The position numbers and the translations under genes are program-made. The notes under the pieces were generated by a model. That model saw nothing but the letters and a program-made list of their open reading frames with translations, was not told the origin of the DNA and ran no database searches. Source: Candidatus Heimdallarchaeum aukensis (GTDB taxonomy: Archaea > Asgardarchaeota > Heimdallarchaeia > Heimdallarchaeales > Heimdallarchaeaceae). Taken from it: 64,000 nucleotides of DNA. Positions 37,471 to 46,626 of the stretch are shown one piece after another (the first letter of the stretch is position 1; every line of letters begins with the position of its first letter). The stretch covers positions 1,472,001-1,536,000 of the forward strand of contig CP084166.1 in NCBI GenBank assembly GCA_021513695.1, given 5' to 3'.

Positions 37471-38154
37471 ATGAAACAAGTAACAAAAATCATAATATTT
37501 TCAATGGTTGTTAGTTTACTACTAATTCAGATCAATAATGTCAATGCTAAAGAAACAGTTTTTACTGCTACACAAATAATAGATATAAACGAAACTACTC
37601 AGATAACAGTTTCCATGGCAGCCCCGTTAACTTGGGAAATAAACACGGGAATAAACATTTCTGTAAATATAAAGTTATCAAAAATTGCTCAGAATGATAG
37701 TCTATTTATTACTTATATCAAAACAGAATATAATATTCCAGGAAAACAATTCCCCGAAGACCAACAAATCACAATAATTGAAAATAATCTAACAAATATC
37801 GGTGAACAAATCAGCATTAACCAAACTCGTTATGCACCTGAGAATACTGATGAATTTAACATTACCTTATCGATCCTTGCTCAGACAGTAAACATGACCA
37901 GTACAGAAGAGTTTTCCATGGATTTTCCAGGAAAAGGTGAAGATAATATTTTAGTTAAGAAGAATTTAGTTCTGCCTATAATCAATCTGCCTGGTTTCCC
38001 CAATATCGAAACATTTAGCAGGTGGATAGTTATCTTTGTTGTGATTCAATTAGTTATTATGTCACCTGCGCTCTTTGTCTTATATTTCAAAATAAAAAAA
38101 CAAAGAACACGGGGCCAGGTATCGAAGAAAAAAAGGAGTGGAGAAGATGAGTAA
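37471..38154 (+). CDS. Secreted/anchored protein (signal peptide, ~150-aa ectodomain, C-terminal TM, basic tail)
   Basis: Starts 3 nt after the previous stop. 'IIIFSMVVSLLLIQINNVNA' is a signal-peptide-like N-terminus. C-terminal TM 'WIVIFVVIQLVIMSPALFVLYF' followed by KIKKQRTRGQVSKKKR. Confidence 0.45.
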   Translation: MKQVTKIIIFSMVVSLLLIQINNVNAKETVFTATQIIDINETTQITVSMAAPLTWEINTGINISVNIKLSKIAQNDSLFITYIKTEYNIPGKQFPEDQQITIIENNLTNIGEQISINQTRYAPENTDEFNITLSILAQTVNMTSTEEFSMDFPGKGEDNILVKKNLVLPIINLPGFPNIETFSRWIVIFVVIQLVIMSPALFVLYFKIKKQRTRGQVSKKKRSGEDE

Positions 38155-39745
38155 AACTGAAACTAAACAACAAAATCCCTTAGAAAGAGGAGTAAGAAAA
38201 ATAGATGTTCTGATGCGTTCATTTGGAATGCGTACTAGAATGTTTAAGGGAAAAACGAGAGGGATAGTAAAGGGAACAAGAAAGGTTTACCCTCATGAAG
38301 TCAATGCTACGATTGTAGAGACAGCAAGGGGAGTAGGAATCAAAATAAAGATGGAAAAATTGTGGTATTCATTTCTAAAAGGAATTCCTTTTCTATTTCT
38401 GATAATACTCTCTCTAATTCAATTAATTGCACCAAAAATTGGAGAGAATATGGCAGAAAATGTTGGTTTTAATTTGTTTGCACTCTTTCTTGGAACAAGA
38501 ACTAAATCTATTGGATTACTAATTACGCTTTTTATTATTGGAGGAATTTTTATTGTTAGTGAGATAATAGAGAGGACAATTAGATTGAGATATCTCCAAG
38601 ACAGGATGCCCAGATTTTTGAGTGGAGCTGAATGGACAACTGCTGATTCACCATTATTATTAGATATCATAAGTTCTACAAATAATATTTTGTGGTTAGC
38701 ATATCTCATATTAGTAATAATCTTTGCACCATTTTCTTTTTCATCAGAAATAATTGAAAAGTTTGTAACAGTATATCAAACTGGCATAGTTAATTTGCTA
38801 GAAGGTACAACGCTTGTTTCACTACTAGATATATCAATAATATCCAGTATGTTATTTACAATATTATTGCTAAATTACAAGTCGTTTAGAGAAGAAATAG
38901 ATTCAAAGCAAAGAGCAAGCAGAGTAAAAGTAGATTATAGTACAACACAACTTTTAGAAGTTGTCTTTGGTTCAATTACACTTATCACATTTGAAATAGT
39001 TCTATTTTCATTTATGTTTTGGACGGATCTTACTTTAATCCAAATTATAATGACTTATAGCGTTACTGTAGCGGCTAGTATTCTAAGTGTGTGGCTTTAT
39101 TGGCAGAGAGAAAACTATATTTTCATTTTTCTTGAGATATGGCTTTTCTTAAGCATAGTAGTCATGGTTTTCAGTAACGCAAATAATCCTAAATTCTCTT
39201 GGATGATAATTTGCCACCTTTTCCTAATTCTGACAATTTTAGGTTTGTATTTTAATCAATTTTTCAAATCTTATTTAGAAGAAAAAGGAATATATGAACC
39301 TAGTTGGATGTTTAATTCTTTCCCAATCTTTGCGATTATTGAAGTCCTTAAAAAAGCAAAAGTAAGAACTACAAAAGGAGTACAAAAAGAATTAGAAGAA
39401 ATAAGAACAGAAGAATTAACAGAGAAAATAAAAGAACGTTCTCCTCTTATAATTCCGCTTGAAAAAATAACTAAAAAAGGAAAGGATGCAAAAAAGATAA
39501 TCAACACATACCAAAAAATTATCGACCGCATAACAAAGAAAGATGTAAACATTATTACTTTATCTGTAATTAATGAAGAGATTTTAGCGCTAATACAAGA
39601 TGAAGCAGAACTAAGGAAAAAAGTAGAAAACTTATTCCAAATTATTGATCATCTTCTTTGGGACGAAAGCTATATCCTGAAAGATGGAAGCAAATATGTT
39701 GAAATAACAGAACAACTCTACAGCGCAGTCTTAAAGGCAAGGTGA
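38147..39745 (+). CDS. Polytopic membrane protein (about 8-10 TM) with a ~150-aa C-terminal cytoplasmic coiled-coil domain
   Basis: Overlaps the upstream gene. The ATG at 38147 is preceded by GGAG; the track's GTG is at 38138. Multiple long hydrophobic helices and a Lys/Glu-rich C-terminal region. Confidence 0.45.
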   Translation: MSKTETKQQNPLERGVRKIDVLMRSFGMRTRMFKGKTRGIVKGTRKVYPHEVNATIVETARGVGIKIKMEKLWYSFLKGIPFLFLIILSLIQLIAPKIGENMAENVGFNLFALFLGTRTKSIGLLITLFIIGGIFIVSEIIERTIRLRYLQDRMPRFLSGAEWTTADSPLLLDIISSTNNILWLAYLILVIIFAPFSFSSEIIEKFVTVYQTGIVNLLEGTTLVSLLDISIISSMLFTILLLNYKSFREEIDSKQRASRVKVDYSTTQLLEVVFGSITLITFEIVLFSFMFWTDLTLIQIIMTYSVTVAASILSVWLYWQRENYIFIFLEIWLFLSIVVMVFSNANNPKFSWMIICHLFLILTILGLYFNQFFKSYLEEKGIYEPSWMFNSFPIFAIIEVLKKAKVRTTKGVQKELEEIRTEELTEKIKERSPLIIPLEKITKKGKDAKKIINTYQKIIDRITKKDVNIITLSVINEEILALIQDEAELRKKVENLFQIIDHLLWDESYILKDGSKYVEITEQLYSAVLKAR

Positions 39746-39749
39746 TATA

Positions 39750-40691
39750 ATGTCTAATCCAGCCAAAGAAGAAAAAAAAACGTTACAAAAAGATAAAGTA
39801 AAGATTCCTATAAAAAAACTGAAAAAACTAGAAATTTTAGCAAAAGAACGTTCAACAAGCTTTCTACAAGGACATCGAAGATCGATCTTTAGAGGACCAG
39901 GAACCGAATATGCAGATTTAAGAGAATATGTTGAGGGAGACGATCTCAGATTTGTTGATTGGAATGCATCATCACGTATTCCTTTCAAACTAATTGTTAG
40001 AGATTATGAACAAGAAAGAAATACAAATGTAGTTTTGATGCTTGATGTTAGTCATTCGATGTTATTAGGTGATCCAGTACCAAGGATCAAACTTGCAGTT
40101 GAAGCAAGTGCTACATTAGCTTATACAGTCCTAATAAATCGAGATTTATTTGGTTGGGCTAGTTTCTCAGATAAACTACACAATTATATTCCTCCCCGTG
40201 GTGGAAAATTGCACTTTTATCATATTGTTCATGAAATGCTCAAGATTGCTCCACATGGTAAAACTAATATCGGTGATGCTATTCGTGAAGTGGCTTTATC
40301 TTTAAAGAGAAGATCAATAATTATCTTACTCACTGATTTACATGGAAATTTAGAAGGTGCAATGAATGGTTTTAAAGTTGCAAAATTAAAAAAACACGAA
40401 GTTAAAGTAATTCATACTGTTGATCCAGAGGAATTTCTTTTTCCAAAGAATCCTAGACAAGTAAAATACCTTGATCCTGAAACAAATCAAATGAAAGTAG
40501 TTAATTTTAGTAATTTGCTTGAACGAGGAAAATATAATTACGAAATTGGTTTAAAAATCAAGGAAATTAACAATTTTAAGAGAAACATAAGAGGGTTAAA
40601 CATTGACGTAGTTACTGCATCAACTACAATGTTAACTGAGAGATTATTACTTACTTATTTTGGATCAAAGAGAGGGAGGGCTTTAAAATGA
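39750..40691 (+). CDS. DUF58-family protein (vWA-like; the canonical MoxR partner)
   Basis: 'FRGPGTEYADLREYVEGDDLRFVDWNASSR' is the DUF58 signature (G.G.ef...R.Y..GDd.R.IDWk..AR). It is followed by a vWA-like 'VVLMLDVSHSM' (MIDAS-type D-x-S-x-S). Confidence 0.8.
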   Translation: MSNPAKEEKKTLQKDKVKIPIKKLKKLEILAKERSTSFLQGHRRSIFRGPGTEYADLREYVEGDDLRFVDWNASSRIPFKLIVRDYEQERNTNVVLMLDVSHSMLLGDPVPRIKLAVEASATLAYTVLINRDLFGWASFSDKLHNYIPPRGGKLHFYHIVHEMLKIAPHGKTNIGDAIREVALSLKRRSIIILLTDLHGNLEGAMNGFKVAKLKKHEVKVIHTVDPEEFLFPKNPRQVKYLDPETNQMKVVNFSNLLERGKYNYEIGLKIKEINNFKRNIRGLNIDVVTASTTMLTERLLLTYFGSKRGRALK

Positions 40692-42559
40692 AAAGAAACT
40701 TAATATCTGTTTCTCTAATATATCTTGTTATAATAAGCACTTTTAGCTTTGTTGTAACTTCTGATTTCAAAATCGTTTCTGCTGGGAGTAGTAGTTCTGG
40801 AGATATTCCTCCACCAGGTGGTCAAGGAGGAGAGGATACTAGCGGCGGTGGTGCTGCAGGAGGGTTATACCTCAATTATCGTATTCCATTAATATTTAAG
40901 AAAGGAGATTTTGCACCAACGTTTATTGCAATTACAGCTTTACCCATCTTTCAAAATGAAACTATAGTAATTTTTGGTTATAATTCTTCATTATTTGAGA
41001 ATAATCAAGCTATTATAAAGGGAAATGAAACACTTATAATTGATCCTCGAGACGAACCTGAGTTAACAAATGGTTCATTGATACAATCTTTTTCTCCATT
41101 ACAAATTACTGTTTTTCATCCAAATACAAATAATGAAAGCGATAATTCATTTTCTTATTCAGTATTAGTTATGCAAAATTGGGGAAAGAAATATCTTTCT
41201 TCTTTTTCAGATATGAGAGCAATTATAGTTGCAGGCTTTAACAGTACAAAGTTAACAATTAATAACAATGGAATAATGCAATATGAAACCATTGATCTGA
41301 TTGGACAAACATTAGATATTTCGGTTACTAAAGGAACCATTATAGAAGCAAATGGACCAATAGGAGTGGTTTTTTACTCTTTAACAGATAGCCAAGGTTC
41401 TTTCGCTTATACAGGAGTCCCATATTACATGTGGGGAAAAGAGTATTTTACACTCCCTCCACCAAGAAAAACGCATGATACCTTAATTGAAGATAACTCT
41501 ACTTTAGTACTTGGGAATATAAATGAAGGAGGAACTTTAATTTTCGAAACTTCAGAAGAAGAATCAGATATATTAAACTTGGAAGAAAATCAAACAATTA
41601 CATTAGAAAAACAAAAGTTAGGAACAAATGATTATTATACACATTTTCTATCTGCAGCTGTAAACTATTCTGTTACTACGTTATATTCTTATGTTATCAA
41701 TGGTACTATATACAAATCTGCATTCCAATATATTTCTACAGAAAAGATGAGATGGGCAGAATGGTTCTATAATAATAAAATATCAGATAACCTAAAAATC
41801 TCTTCTGTTTCTTTGGATGATTCAAATATTATTCTTCCAATACTACTATATGAAGGGCAATTAGTTATTGATCTCGAAAATTATTCTTCTGTTGACAGGG
41901 GCGAATATTATTCATATAAACAAGGAACTAGTTATGGCGTTATTTCAGCTAATGGTTCTTTGTTTGCTTCACAGATTGTATCAGATGAAGAAAAAATATT
42001 AGAGAACAGCCTTTCTCATTTACTTTTTCCAATGAATCTTTACTCTTTTGTTGATAACACGAGCTCCTCTTTTCCGAGTTGGTATCATTTTCCAAACATA
42101 AATGTAAAAGAAGTAAATGTCTACCCTGAAAAACCAACAGAACTAAGAAAACTTAAACTTGAAATTGTTATTCAAAATAATGGTAGTATTCCCTCTGCTC
42201 CATTTTGGGTCAGCATTTTTAGAAATGATACTATAAAGATACACAAAAAAATAGACGGATTAGATATTAATGAAACTTTTAGCATTCCTTTTGAGGAATT
42301 TCAAGGATTCGGACTTAAGACATTAAACATATCCATCTACACAGACTCTTTAAGTCAAATATTTGAATTAATAGAATTTGATAATGCATATGAACTTATG
42401 ATTAAAGTTAATCGTAATTGGAATATAATCTATGTTGGAATTGCAGTTTCTGTACTAATAATAGGTTATCTTTCTTATCTTGTAATAAGAAAATTTGTTG
42501 CCAAATATAAGGAAAACAAGAGAAAATTCGATATTATTCTAAGTGAGATAGAGGTCTAG
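40688..42559 (+). CDS. Large secreted protein (signal peptide, Ser/Gly/Pro-rich linker, ~550-aa ectodomain, C-terminal TM anchor)
   Basis: Overlaps the DUF58 stop by 4 nt. N-terminal 'LISVSLIYLVIISTFSFVVTS', then 'SSSSGDIPPPGGQGGEDTSGGGAAGG'. C-terminal TM 'IIYVGIAVSVLIIGYLSYLVI' plus the basic tail RKFVAKYKENKRK. Confidence 0.45.
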   Translation: MKRNLISVSLIYLVIISTFSFVVTSDFKIVSAGSSSSGDIPPPGGQGGEDTSGGGAAGGLYLNYRIPLIFKKGDFAPTFIAITALPIFQNETIVIFGYNSSLFENNQAIIKGNETLIIDPRDEPELTNGSLIQSFSPLQITVFHPNTNNESDNSFSYSVLVMQNWGKKYLSSFSDMRAIIVAGFNSTKLTINNNGIMQYETIDLIGQTLDISVTKGTIIEANGPIGVVFYSLTDSQGSFAYTGVPYYMWGKEYFTLPPPRKTHDTLIEDNSTLVLGNINEGGTLIFETSEEESDILNLEENQTITLEKQKLGTNDYYTHFLSAAVNYSVTTLYSYVINGTIYKSAFQYISTEKMRWAEWFYNNKISDNLKISSVSLDDSNIILPILLYEGQLVIDLENYSSVDRGEYYSYKQGTSYGVISANGSLFASQIVSDEEKILENSLSHLLFPMNLYSFVDNTSSSFPSWYHFPNINVKEVNVYPEKPTELRKLKLEIVIQNNGSIPSAPFWVSIFRNDTIKIHKKIDGLDINETFSIPFEEFQGFGLKTLNISIYTDSLSQIFELIEFDNAYELMIKVNRNWNIIYVGIAVSVLIIGYLSYLVIRKFVAKYKENKRKFDIILSEIEV

Positions 42560-42562
42560 TAA

Positions 42563-44947
42563 ATGAGCGAAACAGATGTAAAGCAAAAAGAAGAAGTAGA
42601 AGAAGTAGAGGAAGTAGAGGAATCATTCACTAAATTTAGTGTTATACTTGGACGAGATCTAATCTTCTTAGATTGGACAGTAAATTTTGGTGGACAAATC
42701 TTAGGTTTAGTAGTTGGTTTATTATTAGGAGTAATTTTTGGAGCCAAGATGGGGACACTCTTTAACATAGATGTTCCTGTTGACATTAGTGCATATATTG
42801 CCCTACAAGTTGGAATACTTCTTAGTATCACTAGTTTAACAATTTATTATTTATCAAAGCTCGGCATTAAGGTTAACAGTCCAAAATCAATTGCAAGTAA
42901 GAAACTTCTTCTTCTAAAAACAATAATGTTTGCTTTTTCAGCTATCTTTGCTTTAAGCTATTTATTTAATAGTCATATTTTCCCATTTATATATGCAAAT
43001 TATAGCTCTATAAAACCCCCAGAACCAGGACAAACAGGAACTGGAGATGGAGGTGAAGGAAATACAGTAGATATTCCTACAACTAACCATTATATTGTTC
43101 TTATTGCATTGATCGTTCTTGTTGCAGCTTCATACGCTTTACTTTATGCAGGATTGTTTTACTCTTTTAACAAAAAAGCCAACACGATGACAGGAGTTGC
43201 AATAATGGTTAGCACTATAATGGCAGCACTTACATTACTAAGCCAAAATCAAAGCGTCCAAAAGCTAATTGATGGAGAAATAATGGCTTTTCTTACAGAT
43301 TTTGCATATTTCTTCTTAGTAGCTTTAATAGCCATTCTTTCATATCACATGTGTAGGAGAATAGAATTATCCTTAATTATAATGTATATAGGTTTCATTT
43401 TTGGTTTTGGTGCCCCTTCAAATGCTGTTTCACAGATCATCGCTTTAAAATGGGGTTTTCCAAACTTTTCTGATGGAATTAATTCTACTTCAGATGTTAT
43501 TACAAGGACTCTTGAACTTATAGAGTATGTAAGTTTATTTGGAATTGTTGTTTACCCACTTATTTTTTACAAGGATACAATATCAGCATTAAAAGAATTG
43601 AAGAAGATGTATAGATTACCTTTCCTATTAATTAAATTTTTAGGGTTAATAATAATCACACCATTTAAGATAATATTCAAACCAAAAATTTTAGTTCATT
43701 TTTATAATGGAGTTAAACAAATAGTAATTGATGAAGAAAAAAGAAATATCTCTTTCAAAAAATTAAAAACAAAATTAAGCGAGGAATTTAAGGCTATTAC
43801 TTCCTCAGAAGGTTTTTCTGTCACTTTGTTTGCTGCTGTGCTTATCTTAATTGAAGTGACAATACTCTTTTTAGCGAATCTACTGGGAATTTTCCTTTAT
43901 TTCATCGCTTTTCTCATTTTAATAGGTATTGTAAATAGTATTATTACTTCAAAATATGGAGCTGCAAGTTATACAGCAATGTTTTCTGCATTAACAGAAT
44001 CTTCTTTGAGTGTATCTCCTTTAGTTCCTGACATTAACGTACAAATTAAATTCTTAGAATATAAGAAAAAACAATTAGAAAAAACAAAAATTGCAGTTGG
44101 TACTTTAATTCCTGTATTTGCTTACTACATAATTGCTTACATTACTACAGCAATAACTAAAGATACGTCTCTATTGACAATACTTTTCTTAATGATTCTT
44201 GTTCCTATCAGTCTTGCTTTAGCTTCTTTTTCAATAAGCTTCTTCTATGTCAAAAAACCACTAATTAAAGAGATTTACACCTATCCACTTCGATTTTTCT
44301 ATTTTTTGGGATTGATAGTATACTTTTCGATTTCTGTTTATCGCTTAATATACAACCAAATTGGTCTTTTTCCAGCTTTTTCGCTTCTCTATCTTGTTTT
44401 AATCTATATCACTTTCTCAAAGAGATCTAAACTTTCTGAACTTATTTTATTTCTAGGAACAGAGAAAAGAGATAGAGCATTTAATGAACTTATAAGTAAA
44501 AAAAATCTCAATATTGATGTTTTATTGCAAAATTTAGATGATACACCATCATATCTCAGCTTTTGGATAAGTGCAATTCTAATTAAGAGAAACAAAAAAG
44601 AGGTTATTACTTACTTAAAAGATCTACTCAAACAAGACTATAAATATCAAAGAGTAATAGGAGCATTGTCTTTACTTTATTTAAACGAATATGATTATTT
44701 AGAAGAACTTGTTAATTTACTAGAAAACGACCCCGACCCCTACTTACGAGAAGCAATAGCTTACGGATTAAGATATTGCAAAGATATGAAAATAGATATT
44801 TACAAGAGAATTATTGACGCACAACATTACGAAGATAATTCAAAAGTTTTAGTAAGGCTCAAGGAAACAATCTCCATCTTAGATAGATACTTTGCAAACA
44901 AAGAACGAAAAGAAGAAGAAATGGAAGAACTCGTAGAAGTAATATAA
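42563..44947 (+). CDS. Polytopic membrane protein (more than 12 TM) with an N-terminal acidic EEVEEVEEVEE tract and a C-terminal cytoplasmic HEAT/PBS-lyase-like repeat domain
   Basis: Starts 4 nt after the previous stop. Hydrophobic helices run through aa ~40-600. The C-terminus has 'VIGALSLLYLNEYDYLEELVNLLENDPDPYLREAIAYGLRY' HEAT-like repeats. Confidence 0.45.
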   Translation: MSETDVKQKEEVEEVEEVEESFTKFSVILGRDLIFLDWTVNFGGQILGLVVGLLLGVIFGAKMGTLFNIDVPVDISAYIALQVGILLSITSLTIYYLSKLGIKVNSPKSIASKKLLLLKTIMFAFSAIFALSYLFNSHIFPFIYANYSSIKPPEPGQTGTGDGGEGNTVDIPTTNHYIVLIALIVLVAASYALLYAGLFYSFNKKANTMTGVAIMVSTIMAALTLLSQNQSVQKLIDGEIMAFLTDFAYFFLVALIAILSYHMCRRIELSLIIMYIGFIFGFGAPSNAVSQIIALKWGFPNFSDGINSTSDVITRTLELIEYVSLFGIVVYPLIFYKDTISALKELKKMYRLPFLLIKFLGLIIITPFKIIFKPKILVHFYNGVKQIVIDEEKRNISFKKLKTKLSEEFKAITSSEGFSVTLFAAVLILIEVTILFLANLLGIFLYFIAFLILIGIVNSIITSKYGAASYTAMFSALTESSLSVSPLVPDINVQIKFLEYKKKQLEKTKIAVGTLIPVFAYYIIAYITTAITKDTSLLTILFLMILVPISLALASFSISFFYVKKPLIKEIYTYPLRFFYFLGLIVYFSISVYRLIYNQIGLFPAFSLLYLVLIYITFSKRSKLSELILFLGTEKRDRAFNELISKKNLNIDVLLQNLDDTPSYLSFWISAILIKRNKKEVITYLKDLLKQDYKYQRVIGALSLLYLNEYDYLEELVNLLENDPDPYLREAIAYGLRYCKDMKIDIYKRIIDAQHYEDNSKVLVRLKETISILDRYFANKERKEEEMEELVEVI

Positions 44948-45024
44948 TAAAAAAATCTTATCTCGAATATCTATCTGATTACTGAGGCGAAAGATTTTAT
45001 AAATTAAATGTCTTTATTTTTTTT

Positions 45025-45891
45025 ATGAGTATTCGAATTGTAACAGATAGTGCGTCTGATATAGATAGAAACTTTGCTAAAGAAAAAAAAGTAGCTGTTG
45101 TTCCTTTATCTGTCACCTATAATACTGGTGAAACATTTAAAGAAGATGAGAATTTCGATTTTGACAAATATTACAATAATTATTCAGATCCAGATTTTTC
45201 GGTAACAACGTCACAACCTTCACCAAAGGATTTTCTTAACGTGTATGAACAGTTAAAAAAAGAAGGTGCAAAAGAAATTATTGTAATTACAATTAGTTCT
45301 GGTCTATCTGGAACTCTTAATAGTGCACAATTAGCAGCTAAAATGTTTCTGAAAATAGAAAAAGATATTGAAATTTATTTTGTAGACTCATTAAATGCTT
45401 CCATGCCAGAAACTTTTCTTGTAGAAGAGGGGCTAAAATTAATAGATAAGGGTCTTTCAGGTAAGGAAATAGCTGAAAAGCTGCAAAACTCTACAAATGA
45501 AATAACTACATTAATTTTATTACCTACACTTTATTATCTAAGAAAAGGAGGAAGAATAAGCGTTGCTAAATATCTCCTCGGAAGGTTGCTACAATTAAAA
45601 CCCATCACAATTGTAAACGAAGAAGGAAAGAATGAAGTCACAGCTACTGTTCGAGATTATGATGAGGGATTAGTAAAAATGATCGAGATAGCAACTCAAA
45701 ACTATACAAGAACACCCGTAGAAGTTGCAATAGTACACACAAATAGTATGGAACGTGCAACTAAACTACAAAATTTGATAAAAGAAAAACTTGGTGACAT
45801 AAAAATACGTATTGTTAGAAGTGGAGTAACTATTTCTGCTCATACAGGACCAAAATGTGTTTCGCTTATATCAAAATTCTTTGAATTTTAA
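45025..45891 (+). CDS. DegV-family fatty-acid-binding protein
   Basis: 'IRIVTDSASDI', 'VAVVPLSVTY', 'TSQPSPKDFLNVYEQLKKEGAKEIIVITISSGLSGTLNSAQLAA', 'FVDSLNAS' match the DegV consensus along the whole length. Confidence 0.8.
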   Translation: MSIRIVTDSASDIDRNFAKEKKVAVVPLSVTYNTGETFKEDENFDFDKYYNNYSDPDFSVTTSQPSPKDFLNVYEQLKKEGAKEIIVITISSGLSGTLNSAQLAAKMFLKIEKDIEIYFVDSLNASMPETFLVEEGLKLIDKGLSGKEIAEKLQNSTNEITTLILLPTLYYLRKGGRISVAKYLLGRLLQLKPITIVNEEGKNEVTATVRDYDEGLVKMIEIATQNYTRTPVEVAIVHTNSMERATKLQNLIKEKLGDIKIRIVRSGVTISAHTGPKCVSLISKFFEF

Positions 45892-45922
45892 TTTTACTTC
45901 TTTTTTTAAAAAAAGAAAAAAG

Positions 45923-46612
45923 TTATTTTAGAATAATTCTTGCATCTACAGGAAATATTCCATTAGAGTTTGCAATTAAAGGATTAATATCCATTTCTCC
46001 TATGTATTCTCTGTATTCCCATGCTAAGTTAGAAAGTTTAGACATAATTTCTGCAAGTTGTTCTCTATTAACTGGAGCTAATCCTCGAAAGCCATTAAGC
46101 AATTTTTGTGTTTTTATTTCGTCAATGGCTGATAATGCTTGTTCTTTAGAGCATGGGCACATTCTAAAAACAACATCCTTTAGAGCTTCTACAAAGATTC
46201 CACCTGGACCTACTAGTATTACTGGGCCAAATGTTTTATCGATTTGGCTTCCTATAATTAATTCAACTCCTTTTTCAACCATTTTTTCAACTAATATGCC
46301 TACAACTTCTCTCTCAGCAAAACGGTTCATATAATCGTTAAATGTTTTTTTTACTTCTTCTATTGTAGCAATACCAATTTTCACAGCTTGTTCATCAGTC
46401 TTATGCAAAACTTGTGGTGACATCACTTTCATTGCAACAGGCCCATTAAATTCGTTAAAGGCCATAATGGCTTCTTCTTCTGTTTTAACAAGTTTTGAAG
46501 GTGGTAAAGGTAAGTCTAACAATCTAAGAATTTCTTTTGCTTCATGTTCAAGTAGAGCTTTTCTATTTTCTGACTTAACTTTTTCAAATATTTCTTTAAT
46601 TTGTACGTTCAT
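45923..46612 (-). CDS. acdB: Acetyl-CoA synthetase (ADP-forming), beta subunit
   Basis: 229 aa, collinear with the Pyrococcus ACD beta subunit: 'EHEAKEILRLLDLPLP', 'PVAMKVMSPQVLHKTD', 'GPVILVGPGGIFVEALKDVVFRMCP', 'EMDINPLIA..VDARIIL'. Confidence 0.8.
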   Translation of the reverse strand: MNVQIKEIFEKVKSENRKALLEHEAKEILRLLDLPLPPSKLVKTEEEAIMAFNEFNGPVAMKVMSPQVLHKTDEQAVKIGIATIEEVKKTFNDYMNRFAEREVVGILVEKMVEKGVELIIGSQIDKTFGPVILVGPGGIFVEALKDVVFRMCPCSKEQALSAIDEIKTQKLLNGFRGLAPVNREQLAEIMSKLSNLAWEYREYIGEMDINPLIANSNGIFPVDARIILK

Positions 46613-46626
46613 CTTCCCATCTCCTT

